A stretch of DNA of 32,000 bases from Sedimentisphaera cyanobacteriorum (GCF_001997385.1 NZ_CP019633.1:2040001-2072000), one strand, 5' to 3'; shown: positions 15,911 through 24,038, counted from the stretch's first letter. The notes: generated by a model not told the origin, from the sequence alone. A program made the numbers and translations.

Positions 15911-16287
15911 CCAAAGTGTGGTACGTTTTTAAAAGATAGAATCGTCGGTCACATGATTTGCCCGAAGATGGCGCGATTATGGTAAGAGAGCAAAACGATA
16001 GAACTTTTGGCAGAGAGGTTAAGAGAGTTCCGGGCCAGTTCGGCGGAGGATATGCCTTTTTTTTGGCGGCCCAAAGAAAACAGAGATGTGTAGGATAGAA
16101 TCGCCTCAAGCGAGGCAATCCCCAAATACCGGGATTTAGAGCCAAATATCCAGATAAGAAGAAAGCCCAGCCATTTTCATGACCGGGCTTCTTCGTTAAT
16201 CGTTAGCAGTGGTTTTTACGCCACTGGTTGTTTTTGGCTCCGTATAAAAACGCCACAGGGCTGTTTAGGATAGAAGCTTACTAGACC
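15911..16287. repeat. Repeat B, copy 2
   Basis: Matches 313-692. Confidence 0.85.
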
Positions 16288-16379
16288 GGAACGTTTGCTG
16301 CCCTTAGAAAGAATCAAATTTTCGGACTGAGATACGAATTAACGCAACCACAGAGAACGCAGCCCAAAGAAAACAGCTT

Positions 16380-16429
16380 GAGCAGAGGCCCAATTTATTT
16401 GGGTTGGAAGAGGATTTGGGCCTCTGCTC
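16380..16429. repeat. Perfect 14-bp inverted repeat (stem-loop) at the 5' break of the integrase remnant
   Basis: GAGCAGAGGCCCAA, 22 nt, TTGGGCCTCTGCTC. On the minus strand it is followed by CTGTTTTCTTT. Confidence 0.6.
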
Positions 16430-16869
16430 AAAATGCGTATACTTTTAACATTAGCTATAGGATTAAGAAACGGTGATATTAATTCATTAAAAATCTCTGA
16501 TATCGATTTCGAACAAAATTGCATTTGCACTAAAAGGAAAAAATACATGCCTTCACGACCGTTTTCAGCAGTAATTATGTCTGAGCTTTCAAAGTATGTC
16601 TGCGGTTTTGAAATCGGCCAAGAGAAATTGTTCTCGAAAAAATTCCCGTATCGCAAATGGCGTAAGATTGGTGACAAAGCTGGATTATCGGGATTGAAGT
16701 TTCACGATTTGCATAAAACATTTTGTTCGCTACTGGCACAGAATGGTGTTTCCACGGCGGTCACCCAACGACTCCTGAAACATTCCTCGCCTAATCTAAA
16801 GTGTATACAAACGTAGACCCAGTCTTACGCCAAGCAATAGAACATCTGCCAATTAGTAATTGGCTATAA
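16382..16869 (+). pseudogene. Tyrosine recombinase/integrase remnant (catalytic domain only, frameshifted)
   Basis: LAIGLRNGDI (box I Arg), HDLHKTFCS and LLKHSS are present. The frame stops at 16816, but the -1 frame continues KVYTNVDPVLRQAIEHLP, which carries the expected catalytic Tyr. No N-terminal core-binding domain lies upstream (stop at 16379). Confidence 0.7.
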
Positions 16870-16951
16870 TGCATGTTAACAACTTAAGATGTTTTTATGC
16901 TTCTATGACCAAGTCATAGAAACTATTGGGATTTAAAATTTCAAAACAGCC

Positions 16952-17218
16952 TTAAATGACCTTTTCTTTTTTGATTGAGTTATCTTTTTTGCCAAATATT
17001 CGCTTGGGCAATAAACACATAAAAACCGCAGTTAAGCTCGCTAATAATGCTGAAGCACCTTGACCTCCAATACAACCTGTTTGCGCGCAAAAAGGGCACG
17101 GTCCATCGCCACCACCTGAGATAAAAAAAATACCCGTAAACCATAAAAAGAAACGCCAGAGTTTATCTGATAATATTCTAAATAATCTGATATATCTCAT
17201 ACAGAAGTTTTTTATCAT
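16952..17218 (-). CDS. Small Cys-rich membrane protein
   Basis: 88 aa. Two hydrophobic segments flank GGGDGPCPFCAQTGCIGG. It overlaps the upstream gene by 4 nt. Confidence 0.45.
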   Translation of the reverse strand: MIKNFCMRYIRLFRILSDKLWRFFLWFTGIFFISGGGDGPCPFCAQTGCIGGQGASALLASLTAVFMCLLPKRIFGKKDNSIKKEKVI

Positions 17219-17985
17219 AAGCTATCCAGCCAGTTTGAAGCGAGCATTGCAAAATCCAGAAAGTTTACCTTACCATCCCTGTTTGAGTCGGCTCGTTCGT
17301 AATAATCGTTGTATATTGAGCCTTCATCTTTAAGCCAATAATAACTAAGCTCAGCAAGGTCATAAATATCTACTGTGCCGTCCACTACCAAATCACCGGC
17401 CAATGGTTTAACATTGAAAACTAAAGTGAAAGGCTCTGAAGGTTCGTATTGACCTAAAGCATCATACATTTGCCACGTAATCCAAAATAAACTGATCCCG
17501 TCGACTGCCTGAAAAGACATATGCATGTGAGGATCGCCGCGCAGAGCATGAATTTCACTGTGATTGAAAGATTGCCCAATCTGATTAATTGTAAATTGCG
17601 GGTAATCTTTATGAACCGCTCTGAAATCTGCCGGCATTGAAATACATTCAATCATTATTTGGTAATCTTCATTGGGGTTTCCAGCAAGACATCGGTTAGG
17701 ATCATAAGTATACATGGCATTGGAATTGGTTCCCTGGAAACCATCAAATCCGGGTTCACCGATTCGCCATTTATAATCGGAAAATATACTCGCCGATAGA
17801 GAATAATACCAATTTCCACTACTGCGGTATTTTTGACGGCAATCTACAAAAAGCTTATTATCATCATCAGTACCAGAGATGCTATCTTCATTTATACCGA
17901 TGATAAAGTGATCCAGCGGACATTCAGCATATACATGAACAGTCACAAAGGATAAAAAGAAAATTAGAAATATATGTTTTTTCAT
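17215..17985 (-). CDS. Secreted protein with dockerin-like C-terminus (triad 1, paralog of 18767-19600)
   Basis: Signal peptide, then YAECPLDHFIIGIN. C-terminal paired loops are DGTVDIYDLAELSYYW and DSNRDGKVNFLDFAMLASNWL. Confidence 0.8.
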   Translation of the reverse strand: MKKHIFLIFFLSFVTVHVYAECPLDHFIIGINEDSISGTDDDNKLFVDCRQKYRSSGNWYYSLSASIFSDYKWRIGEPGFDGFQGTNSNAMYTYDPNRCLAGNPNEDYQIMIECISMPADFRAVHKDYPQFTINQIGQSFNHSEIHALRGDPHMHMSFQAVDGISLFWITWQMYDALGQYEPSEPFTLVFNVKPLAGDLVVDGTVDIYDLAELSYYWLKDEGSIYNDYYERADSNRDGKVNFLDFAMLASNWLDSL

Positions 17986-18011
17986 TTTTACTATTCCTTA
18001 GGAGTTTTAGG

Positions 18012-18779
18012 TTATGGATTCTCCGGCCACGTCGGAGCTGATTCAGGATACCAATAACATTTACCGGGCCATTGGTAAGTATCTTCAAATTCCAGTGTTT
18101 CAACATGTCCATCTGCAAAAAGGTAGTTTGATTTTCCCATGTGGCGGTCCCATGCGATAAACTTTTTTGCATACTCGACAGAGCCTTCCCATGATTCCGG
18201 ATGTATGTGGTCGGCCAATAGAAAATTTTCAGTATCCGGTGCTTCGCTGATCCAAATACAGTACATGGGTTTTCGGATCGAATCGACACGATTATAACGG
18301 TTCGTAGAGCCGCCATATCTGAAACAGACAGGGTCTAAGAGAGCATTAACCGCAAAACTGGAATAACGTTTATCCTGCTGCTCGTTTAGAGGCCTGTCCC
18401 AATCTACAAAGTTTTTGGATTTATCACTGGGACAGTGGAACAACAATTGTTCACCTGTATATCTCGAAAGAACCCTAAGCCAATACTGATCCGGGTTACT
18501 AATATGGCACGAACTGGGGGGCAGACGGTTTTCGCTGTCGATAATATAAGCCTGTACCGCAATCCCAACTTGCCGCATATTGCTGGTGCATATAAGCCTT
18601 TTAGCCTGCTGTCTTGCTTTATTTAAAGCAGGCATTAAAATGCTAAGCAGCATAGCAATAATTGCAATCACCACCAAAAGCTCAATCAAAGTAAACCCTC
18701 TGGATTGGCCAGCGATTGAATTATAGCCGAGGCAGTTCTCGCTGCCCCGGCTAAAACTGAACTTATTTACGCGTTGCAT
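18012..18779 (-). CDS. Prepilin-type N-terminal cleavage/methylation + H-X9-DG (DUF1559) protein (triad 1)
   Basis: [43 protein letters not shown], and HMGKSNYLFADGHVE (H, 9 residues, DG). Confidence 0.9.
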   Translation of the reverse strand: MQRVNKFSFSRGSENCLGYNSIAGQSRGFTLIELLVVIAIIAMLLSILMPALNKARQQAKRLICTSNMRQVGIAVQAYIIDSENRLPPSSCHISNPDQYWLRVLSRYTGEQLLFHCPSDKSKNFVDWDRPLNEQQDKRYSSFAVNALLDPVCFRYGGSTNRYNRVDSIRKPMYCIWISEAPDTENFLLADHIHPESWEGSVEYAKKFIAWDRHMGKSNYLFADGHVETLEFEDTYQWPGKCYWYPESAPTWPENP

Positions 18780-19600
18780 TTTTTCTCTCTATTTCTCAAA
18801 AGAGGGATTGCGCCCAAGCCTATGAGCAATAAAGAAGCAGGTTCTGGAACTGTTACAAAGGCCATTTCAAAATTATCTGATGCTGTGTACATACCACTTG
18901 CATCATAAGCTGAAAATGTTGCTGTAACTTCCTGGCCAATATCAGGCGTAAGCCAGAAATTAAAACTCATATGCTCATGAATTCCCCATGCATTTTTATC
19001 TGACAACCATGCCTTGTCCAACTGATAAGTATCTGCGTCAGCGATTAAAACAGGTGTGTCATTCGGTAAAAGCATAAAGAAATCATCCGAAACTACAGAT
19101 GTCCCTTCGCGTTTGAGGTAAATATCCCACTGGGGGGTTGTGCTCTGATCAACACTTTCAAGATTCCATTTTCCCTGCGGGCCATGAGCGGAATGCCAGC
19201 CGTCAAGATGTTGCGTGCCTGACGGATCACCATAGCCGTTAGACTTGCTATACATGAATTGACATGTCCAAAGCTGTTTCCCTGAGGCATCACCTTTCAT
19301 GATCGGACTGCCGCTTTCTAAAACAGGTACTAACTGCAAAAATACATCGCCATTTGCCTGTTCCCAGTTCGGCCAGCCGGGTGTAGCTGCATCGTGAACC
19401 GGCGGCAGTGAGAAGAACCAGAGTTTATCGTTATCGGTTAAGTCCGAATCTGTAGCCTTGCTTGGATTTCCCGGATCAGACCAGTCAGGTCTCCAGGTCG
19501 GATTGACTCCGATGTGAGTATGAGCTAATGTACATTCAGCGTAACTTATATTGACAAAAACACATAACATAATTAGCGTAATAATGATCTTAAGATTCAT
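18767..19600 (-). CDS. PEP-CTERM protein (triad 1)
   Basis: Signal peptide, then YAECTLAHTHIGVN. The C-terminus is VPEPASLLLIGLGAIPLLRNREKK. Confidence 0.85.
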   Translation of the reverse strand: MNLKIIITLIMLCVFVNISYAECTLAHTHIGVNPTWRPDWSDPGNPSKATDSDLTDNDKLWFFSLPPVHDAATPGWPNWEQANGDVFLQLVPVLESGSPIMKGDASGKQLWTCQFMYSKSNGYGDPSGTQHLDGWHSAHGPQGKWNLESVDQSTTPQWDIYLKREGTSVVSDDFFMLLPNDTPVLIADADTYQLDKAWLSDKNAWGIHEHMSFNFWLTPDIGQEVTATFSAYDASGMYTASDNFEMAFVTVPEPASLLLIGLGAIPLLRNREKKCNA

Positions 19601-19696
19601 CGCTTATTCTCCTATTATCGAAGATTAGTTCGTAGAATATGTGCACAGACATACTCTATGAAAACAGAAATTTTTGATTCAAATTAATACGAAGAA

Positions 19697-19993
19697 TTAA
19701 ACGGGCGGTGCTCGAGGTATGAGATTAGGTGTGCATAGAAATGTTAGAGGAATATCATTATGATATTCAATTTTCTGTTCAATTGTATTGATCGAAAAAG
19801 TCGTTGCCGGAGGTGCGTTTATAATCTTGGAAGAATTGATAAATGTATTCTGACAGATTGGACAATTGTCGCAATCATGATGCTCGCAACCTCCTTCTAT
19901 GGCAATGTGCCACAAAAACAGTGCACCTGAAATATTAGCAATGAATATTGCCAATATTATAAATGAAAAAGATTGTTTCAGTTTTACCCGCAT
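19697..19993 (-). CDS. Small membrane protein with Cys/His cluster, co-transcribed with the Fur-family gene
   Basis: 98 aa. An N-terminal TM segment, then GGCEHHDCDNCPICQ. It overlaps the Fur-family ORF by 10 nt. Confidence 0.5.
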   Translation of the reverse strand: MRVKLKQSFSFIILAIFIANISGALFLWHIAIEGGCEHHDCDNCPICQNTFINSSKIINAPPATTFSINTIEQKIEYHNDIPLTFLCTPNLIPRAPPV

Positions 19994-20415
19994 GTCTTAA
20001 AAAAACCTTTCGAACATTCAGGTCCGATACCTTCGATCATTGTCATTTGACGCTGAAAAATGAATTCTTCTCCCAGGCCCTGCACTAATGGTGCATGAAC
20101 ATCAAATAAGCAAGTGACTTTGCCGCAATTAGTGCATTTGAAATGCGGATGACACTGGCGGTCGGTACATTTATCGGCCAGTTCATATTCCCATGCTTTC
20201 TTATCGACATAGGCTTTATGAACTATCCCCTTTTCGCAAAACCTTTCAAGGATTCTATAAACGGTAGTTTTATCGGGACTCCTGTCCTCTAAAGAATCCA
20301 AAATATCGCCTCTGGAAACAGGGTGATCCGCTTGAATAAGAACTTTTAGAGTCGCAATTTGCATTTGGGTGCAATTGAATCCATGATCTTTCAGTATTTT
20401 TTCAGGGTAATTCAT
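19984..20415 (-). CDS. Fur-family metalloregulator (Fur/Zur/PerR type not resolvable)
   Basis: 143 aa. A winged-helix N-terminus, then HPHFKCTNCGKVTC and a C-terminal GPEC pair. Confidence 0.88.
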   Translation of the reverse strand: MNYPEKILKDHGFNCTQMQIATLKVLIQADHPVSRGDILDSLEDRSPDKTTVYRILERFCEKGIVHKAYVDKKAWEYELADKCTDRQCHPHFKCTNCGKVTCLFDVHAPLVQGLGEEFIFQRQMTMIEGIGPECSKGFFKTCG

Positions 20416-20607
20416 TTATATTCTTTCCTGTAACTATAAGCCAAAACTGCAACATTGTTGCAATTATAACAGGACATAAAATTATTGTCAAAAACTGATT
20501 ATCAAAAAAATATTTTTTCTTTGCAACGCACTGATATTTACTTAATTCCTTTTATAGAAAGAACTTATGTTATTTCAACGGCAAAAATAAAAGTAAATAA
20601 ATTTTTC

Positions 20608-20636
20608 TTGACAAATAAGGCTGGCCTTATTATATT
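20608..20636 (+). promoter_or_regulatory. Near-consensus promoter of the DtxR-family gene with an embedded palindromic operator
   Basis: TTGACA (20608-20613), a 17-nt spacer, TATATT (20631-20636). The spacer is the inverted repeat AATAAGGC-tg-GCCTTATT. Confidence 0.55.
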
Positions 20637-20665
20637 AAATGCTCCTTATTTTCAGAAAGGCAAAA

Positions 20666-21271
20666 ATGACTCAGACTGAACAATTAAGTGCGAGTTTGGA
20701 AGACTATCTGGAAGCGATATTCAATATCATTTCAGACAAGGGGGCCGTTCGCGCTAAGGATATTGCCAAATATCTGGGCGTTAAAGCAGGTTCCGTCACG
20801 GTTGCCCTGAAAGCCCTTTCCAAGACAGATCATATTAATTATCAGCCCTATGAGGTTATTACCCTGACCTCTAAGGGGCTTGAGCAGGCCAAAGAAATCA
20901 TCCGAAAGCATGAAATACTGAAGGACTTTTTTGTGGGAATTCTTGGTGCCGACCCGAAGGTTGCTGAAGAAGGGGCTTGTAAAATCGAACATGTTATTCC
21001 GGAAAGGCTTATTAAACGCCTGACCTCATTCACGGAATTTATCCAGGCCTGTCCCCGATGCGGCAGCGATATGATCGAAAAGTTCCACGGTTATTTCAAT
21101 AAAATTCAGCCCTGTGAAATTGAGCAGTGTCAAGTTTGCTTAGGAAAAAGCATTGATCACTTAGAAAAGGAAAGAGAAAAAATGTCCAATTCAACGACAC
21201 AAACAACCCTGTTGGATATTCCAAACGGAAGCAAATTGGATTACACTGGAAATGGTTTTGCATGCAATTAA
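20666..21271 (+). CDS. DtxR/MntR-family metal-dependent repressor with a Cys-rich C-terminal extension
   Basis: I prefer the ATG at 20666 (MTQTEQLSASLEDYLEAIF), because the track start at 20639 lies at or upstream of the predicted TSS. wHTH and dimerisation motifs are present, followed by CPRCG...C....CQVC. Confidence 0.88.
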   Translation: MTQTEQLSASLEDYLEAIFNIISDKGAVRAKDIAKYLGVKAGSVTVALKALSKTDHINYQPYEVITLTSKGLEQAKEIIRKHEILKDFFVGILGADPKVAEEGACKIEHVIPERLIKRLTSFTEFIQACPRCGSDMIEKFHGYFNKIQPCEIEQCQVCLGKSIDHLEKEREKMSNSTTQTTLLDIPNGSKLDYTGNGFACN

Positions 21272-21434
21272 ACAGATTGTTCAAACTCCCGGACAATTCG
21301 TATATCGCGGCAATTGCGGTTGCAGGATTAACGGCAATAACCGCCGGAAGTTTGTTTTTGTTAAATACAATGGTTATACGAAATTAGTGGCAATCAAAAT
21401 CGGAGATGGCCATGCAGGTTATGAAAAAAATTAA
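21252..21434 (+). CDS. Small ORF of uncertain status (possibly a displaced FeoA/SH3-like C-terminal module of the regulator)
   Basis: 60 aa. It overlaps the regulator by 20 nt in another frame. Only a weak ...IVQTPGQFV... resemblance to FeoA. Confidence 0.2.
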   Translation: MVLHAIKQIVQTPGQFVYRGNCGCRINGNNRRKFVFVKYNGYTKLVAIKIGDGHAGYEKN

Positions 21435-21450
21435 TGAAAGGATTTAAATA

Positions 21451-21963
21451 ATGACCAAGATAGGATTATTTTTTGGCAGTACAACAGGCAATACTGAAAA
21501 TGCGGCTAAGATGATTAAAGATGAATTCGGGTCATCGGCAACCGTAGAATTATTCGGAATTGAAAATACAAAAACTGAAGACATTGCAAAGTATGAAATA
21601 CTTATATTTGGCACTTCGACCTGGGGATATGGCGAACCTCAAGACGACTGGGCGGGGTTTGAAAGTAATCTGGGACGCATTGATTTTAAGGGTAAAAAAG
21701 TGGCGTTTTTTGGATTGGGAGATCAGTACGGCTACGCTGACACTTTTGTCGATGCGATGGGGATGCTGTATGAAATCGTCAAAGGCAGAGGGGCACAAAT
21801 CGTTGGAATGACTTCAACAGAAGGATATTCATACGACGACTCGAAGGCTTTGGTTGACGGGCAATTTGTTGGACTTGCTCTTGATAATGATAATCAGTCT
21901 GATATGACAGCAGACCGCATTAAGCAATGGGTTATACAATTGAAAGAGGAGCTGAGGATATGA
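21451..21963 (+). CDS. fldA: Long-chain flavodoxin
   Basis: 170 aa. IGLFFGSTTGNTENAAKMI, ILIFGTSTWGYGEPQDDW and FVGLALDNDNQSD are collinear with E. coli FldA. Confidence 0.93.
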   Translation: MTKIGLFFGSTTGNTENAAKMIKDEFGSSATVELFGIENTKTEDIAKYEILIFGTSTWGYGEPQDDWAGFESNLGRIDFKGKKVAFFGLGDQYGYADTFVDAMGMLYEIVKGRGAQIVGMTSTEGYSYDDSKALVDGQFVGLALDNDNQSDMTADRIKQWVIQLKEELRI

Positions 21964-22454
21964 TAGCTTTAAATGAAACATCTAAGTTTGCATCGGTATC
22001 GCCTGACCTTGAAAAACGACGTATATCGGGCGGCATGGAAGTATTCCTTCACCATTTTTATGAATACAAGAAAGGCCTGCGCAATCTCGTTCTGCACACC
22101 TGCTACAGGGATATAGGATATGGCATTATTTGCAAACTGGAACATCATAATATCGAATACCTTATTTATCCGCTTGGAAAAAAACGCATCAATGTGTTTT
22201 TCGGCAATACCGACTGTCTGGAAATCGTAAGAAGAATCGGCAAATTATGTCTCTCCAGGTATACAGCGGAAGAAGATTTTATTTTGGGCATTATGCTTGG
22301 ATATGACCGCTGCCAACAGTGTGAAAGATATCTCAGGCTAAAACAAACCCGAAATGAAAAAAGGGTGATAAATCATAACAATGAATCCAAAAAAATTCCT
22401 GCATCTACGCAAGCTGTAAGCCAGCCGGTTGCACAAGGTTTGAAAGGAGGTTGA
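21960..22454 (+). CDS. Conserved hypothetical protein (recalled as the DUF2023-like flavodoxin-neighbour family)
   Basis: I prefer the ATG at 21960, which overlaps the fldA stop (ATGA). MEVFLHHFYEYKKGLRNLVLHT... The family name is from memory only. Confidence 0.55.
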   Translation: MIALNETSKFASVSPDLEKRRISGGMEVFLHHFYEYKKGLRNLVLHTCYRDIGYGIICKLEHHNIEYLIYPLGKKRINVFFGNTDCLEIVRRIGKLCLSRYTAEEDFILGIMLGYDRCQQCERYLRLKQTRNEKRVINHNNESKKIPASTQAVSQPVAQGLKGG

Positions 22455-22590
22455 TCGTATGGCATAAGCTTATAAAAGTAAAAGGAGTGCAGAAGTTAAA
22501 AAGGAGTGTTTAGGTAAAAGCTTCGAAATGGTTTCGGACCAGGATGAAGAAAAGAATTAAGTAAACAAAAAAGAATTGGAGAAAACTCAA
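22442..22590 (+). promoter_or_regulatory. Conserved leader element, copy 1 (upstream of the triad 2 PEP-CTERM gene)
   Basis: About 150 nt, collinear with 26294-26444. It has GAAAGGAGGTTG, 8 nt, then ATG GCA stop, the hairpin TCGAAA-tgg-TTTCGA, and AATTGGAGAAA before the ATG. Confidence 0.6.
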
Positions 22591-23232
22591 ATGAAAAATG
22601 TAAAAAGAACTTTAATGTTATTGGCAATCGCAGCGGTTGCTTTTAGTGGTGCTTCCAGTCAGGCAGCTTTCATCAATGGACAGAACTGGGCGGATAGTGT
22701 TGTAAGCTACACCAGCCAAATTCAAAATTATGGCGGCACGCTTATGGACAGTACAACCGAATTCTGGGTTCTGGGTCAATCAGATGTAGATCTGAATGGA
22801 AATATGTACGCATGGGATACTGGAGAGCCGGATTACGTTGCTGGCTGGCGAAGTGTCGCAGCTAATCAGGAAATCATTGTGGGTTTTAATACGGCCCTTG
22901 AGGATATTGCCGGTGACGATCTTGTTATCAGGTTGTATGGCGGCCCAAATGCCCAGGCATCCGTTTCGGTAAGTGAGGATAATTCAAGCTGGACCTCTAT
23001 TGGCACTATAACAGGCGAATCAGGACAAATACCGGGTACTCCAGGTTATTTGTATGATGCTGCATTTGATTTTTCGGGTTTGTTTTCAGGTGACGCCTAC
23101 TATGTCAAGGTGCACAGAGATGTTGCAGGCCCGCAGACAGGCATGTTCTTTGATTCGTTTGCATCCGTTCCGGAACCGGCAACTATGTTGATTTTGGGAT
23201 TAGGCGCTGCTTTTGTAAGAAGGCGGAAGTAG
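22591..23232 (+). CDS. PEP-CTERM protein (triad 2)
   Basis: I prefer the ATG at 22591 (GGAG 9 nt upstream) over the TTG at 22576. Signal peptide MKNVKRTLMLLAIAAVAFSGASSQA. C-terminus VPEPATMLILGLGAAFVRRRK. Confidence 0.85.
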   Translation: MKNVKRTLMLLAIAAVAFSGASSQAAFINGQNWADSVVSYTSQIQNYGGTLMDSTTEFWVLGQSDVDLNGNMYAWDTGEPDYVAGWRSVAANQEIIVGFNTALEDIAGDDLVIRLYGGPNAQASVSVSEDNSSWTSIGTITGESGQIPGTPGYLYDAAFDFSGLFSGDAYYVKVHRDVAGPQTGMFFDSFASVPEPATMLILGLGAAFVRRRK

Positions 23233-23251
23233 GTTGATTTAATATATCAGG

Positions 23252-23277
23252 ATACAGGCCGTTTAAACGGCCTGTAT
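23252..23277 (+). terminator. Perfect palindromic hairpin after the triad 2 PEP-CTERM gene (attenuator or terminator)
   Basis: ATACAGGCCGTTT/AAACGGCCTGTAT, followed by TCT. Confidence 0.45.
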
Positions 23278-23300
23278 TCTGATTGCTAAGGCTTGATAAG

Positions 23301-24038
23301 ATGACAAAAAAGGTTAACAACGCGTTTACTTTAGTTGAACTGTTAGTCGTTATAAGTATTATAGGGCTGCTTACGGGGATACTTATGCCTGTATTATCTG
23401 TTGCCAGAGAACAGGGAAGATGTGTTGTCTGTAAATCCAACTTAAAAAATATTGGATTTGCCCTCAGAGTGTATCTTGATGATTATGAAGGCAAAATGCC
23501 CTCTGCCGACCCTTACCCGGGAAGTTACGGCCAAAAGAGTCAGCACTGGTTTATGAACTCTGTATTGCTCAAGAATATGGGTCTTGAGGTTCTCAAAGAT
23601 GAGGACGGTGAACTAATCGGTCCAGGTAAAGAGCGTTCTGTTCTGACCTGTCCGACCCACAGGCACCCCGATATGACGCGAGACAGCCCGCCGGATTACC
23701 CGGCCCAAGAGCGAGAGTATTCATTGAGTTATATGGCCAACGGAACACTTGGTGTTTCGGGGAAAGCTCTTGTTGCCATGGAATATCGTCATGAATCCGA
23801 ATACAGAAGACCAAGTGAGGCAATGATGTTTTGCGACGGCAATGGAACAATGCAGACTCCGGGAACTGTCTTATATGACGGTTGTCCCAAATCGAATTTT
23901 GAATTTAGACATAGAGGTAAAGTTAACGCAATATTTCTCGACCAGCATATCGAATCCCTCAAAGAAGAGGATATTCCTTTCTGCACCAGGTTTGATGAAA
24001 GGAGATTCGGTACATTTTGGTATGCAAAGAAAAAATAA
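23301..24038 (+). CDS. Prepilin-type N-terminal + H-X9-D(Q) DUF1559-like protein (triad 2)
   Basis: ATG at 23301 ([24 protein letters not shown]...). HRGKVNAIFLDQHIE is a variant with DQ instead of DG. Confidence 0.85.
   Translation: MTKKVNNAFTLVELLVVISIIGLLTGILMPVLSVAREQGRCVVCKSNLKNIGFALRVYLDDYEGKMPSADPYPGSYGQKSQHWFMNSVLLKNMGLEVLKDEDGELIGPGKERSVLTCPTHRHPDMTRDSPPDYPAQEREYSLSYMANGTLGVSGKALVAMEYRHESEYRRPSEAMMFCDGNGTMQTPGTVLYDGCPKSNFEFRHRGKVNAIFLDQHIESLKEEDIPFCTRFDERRFGTFWYAKKK

Noticed and set aside
15876-16145. An 89-aa minus-strand ORF inside repeat B copy 2.
   Set aside because: No equivalent open frame exists in copy 1 of the same repeat, so conservation is at the nucleotide level, not the protein level.
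20485-20679. A 64-aa plus-strand ORF in the fur/dtxR intergenic region.
   Set aside because: It is AT-rich promoter and operator DNA, and the ORF runs across the predicted -35/-10 elements and the regulator's start.
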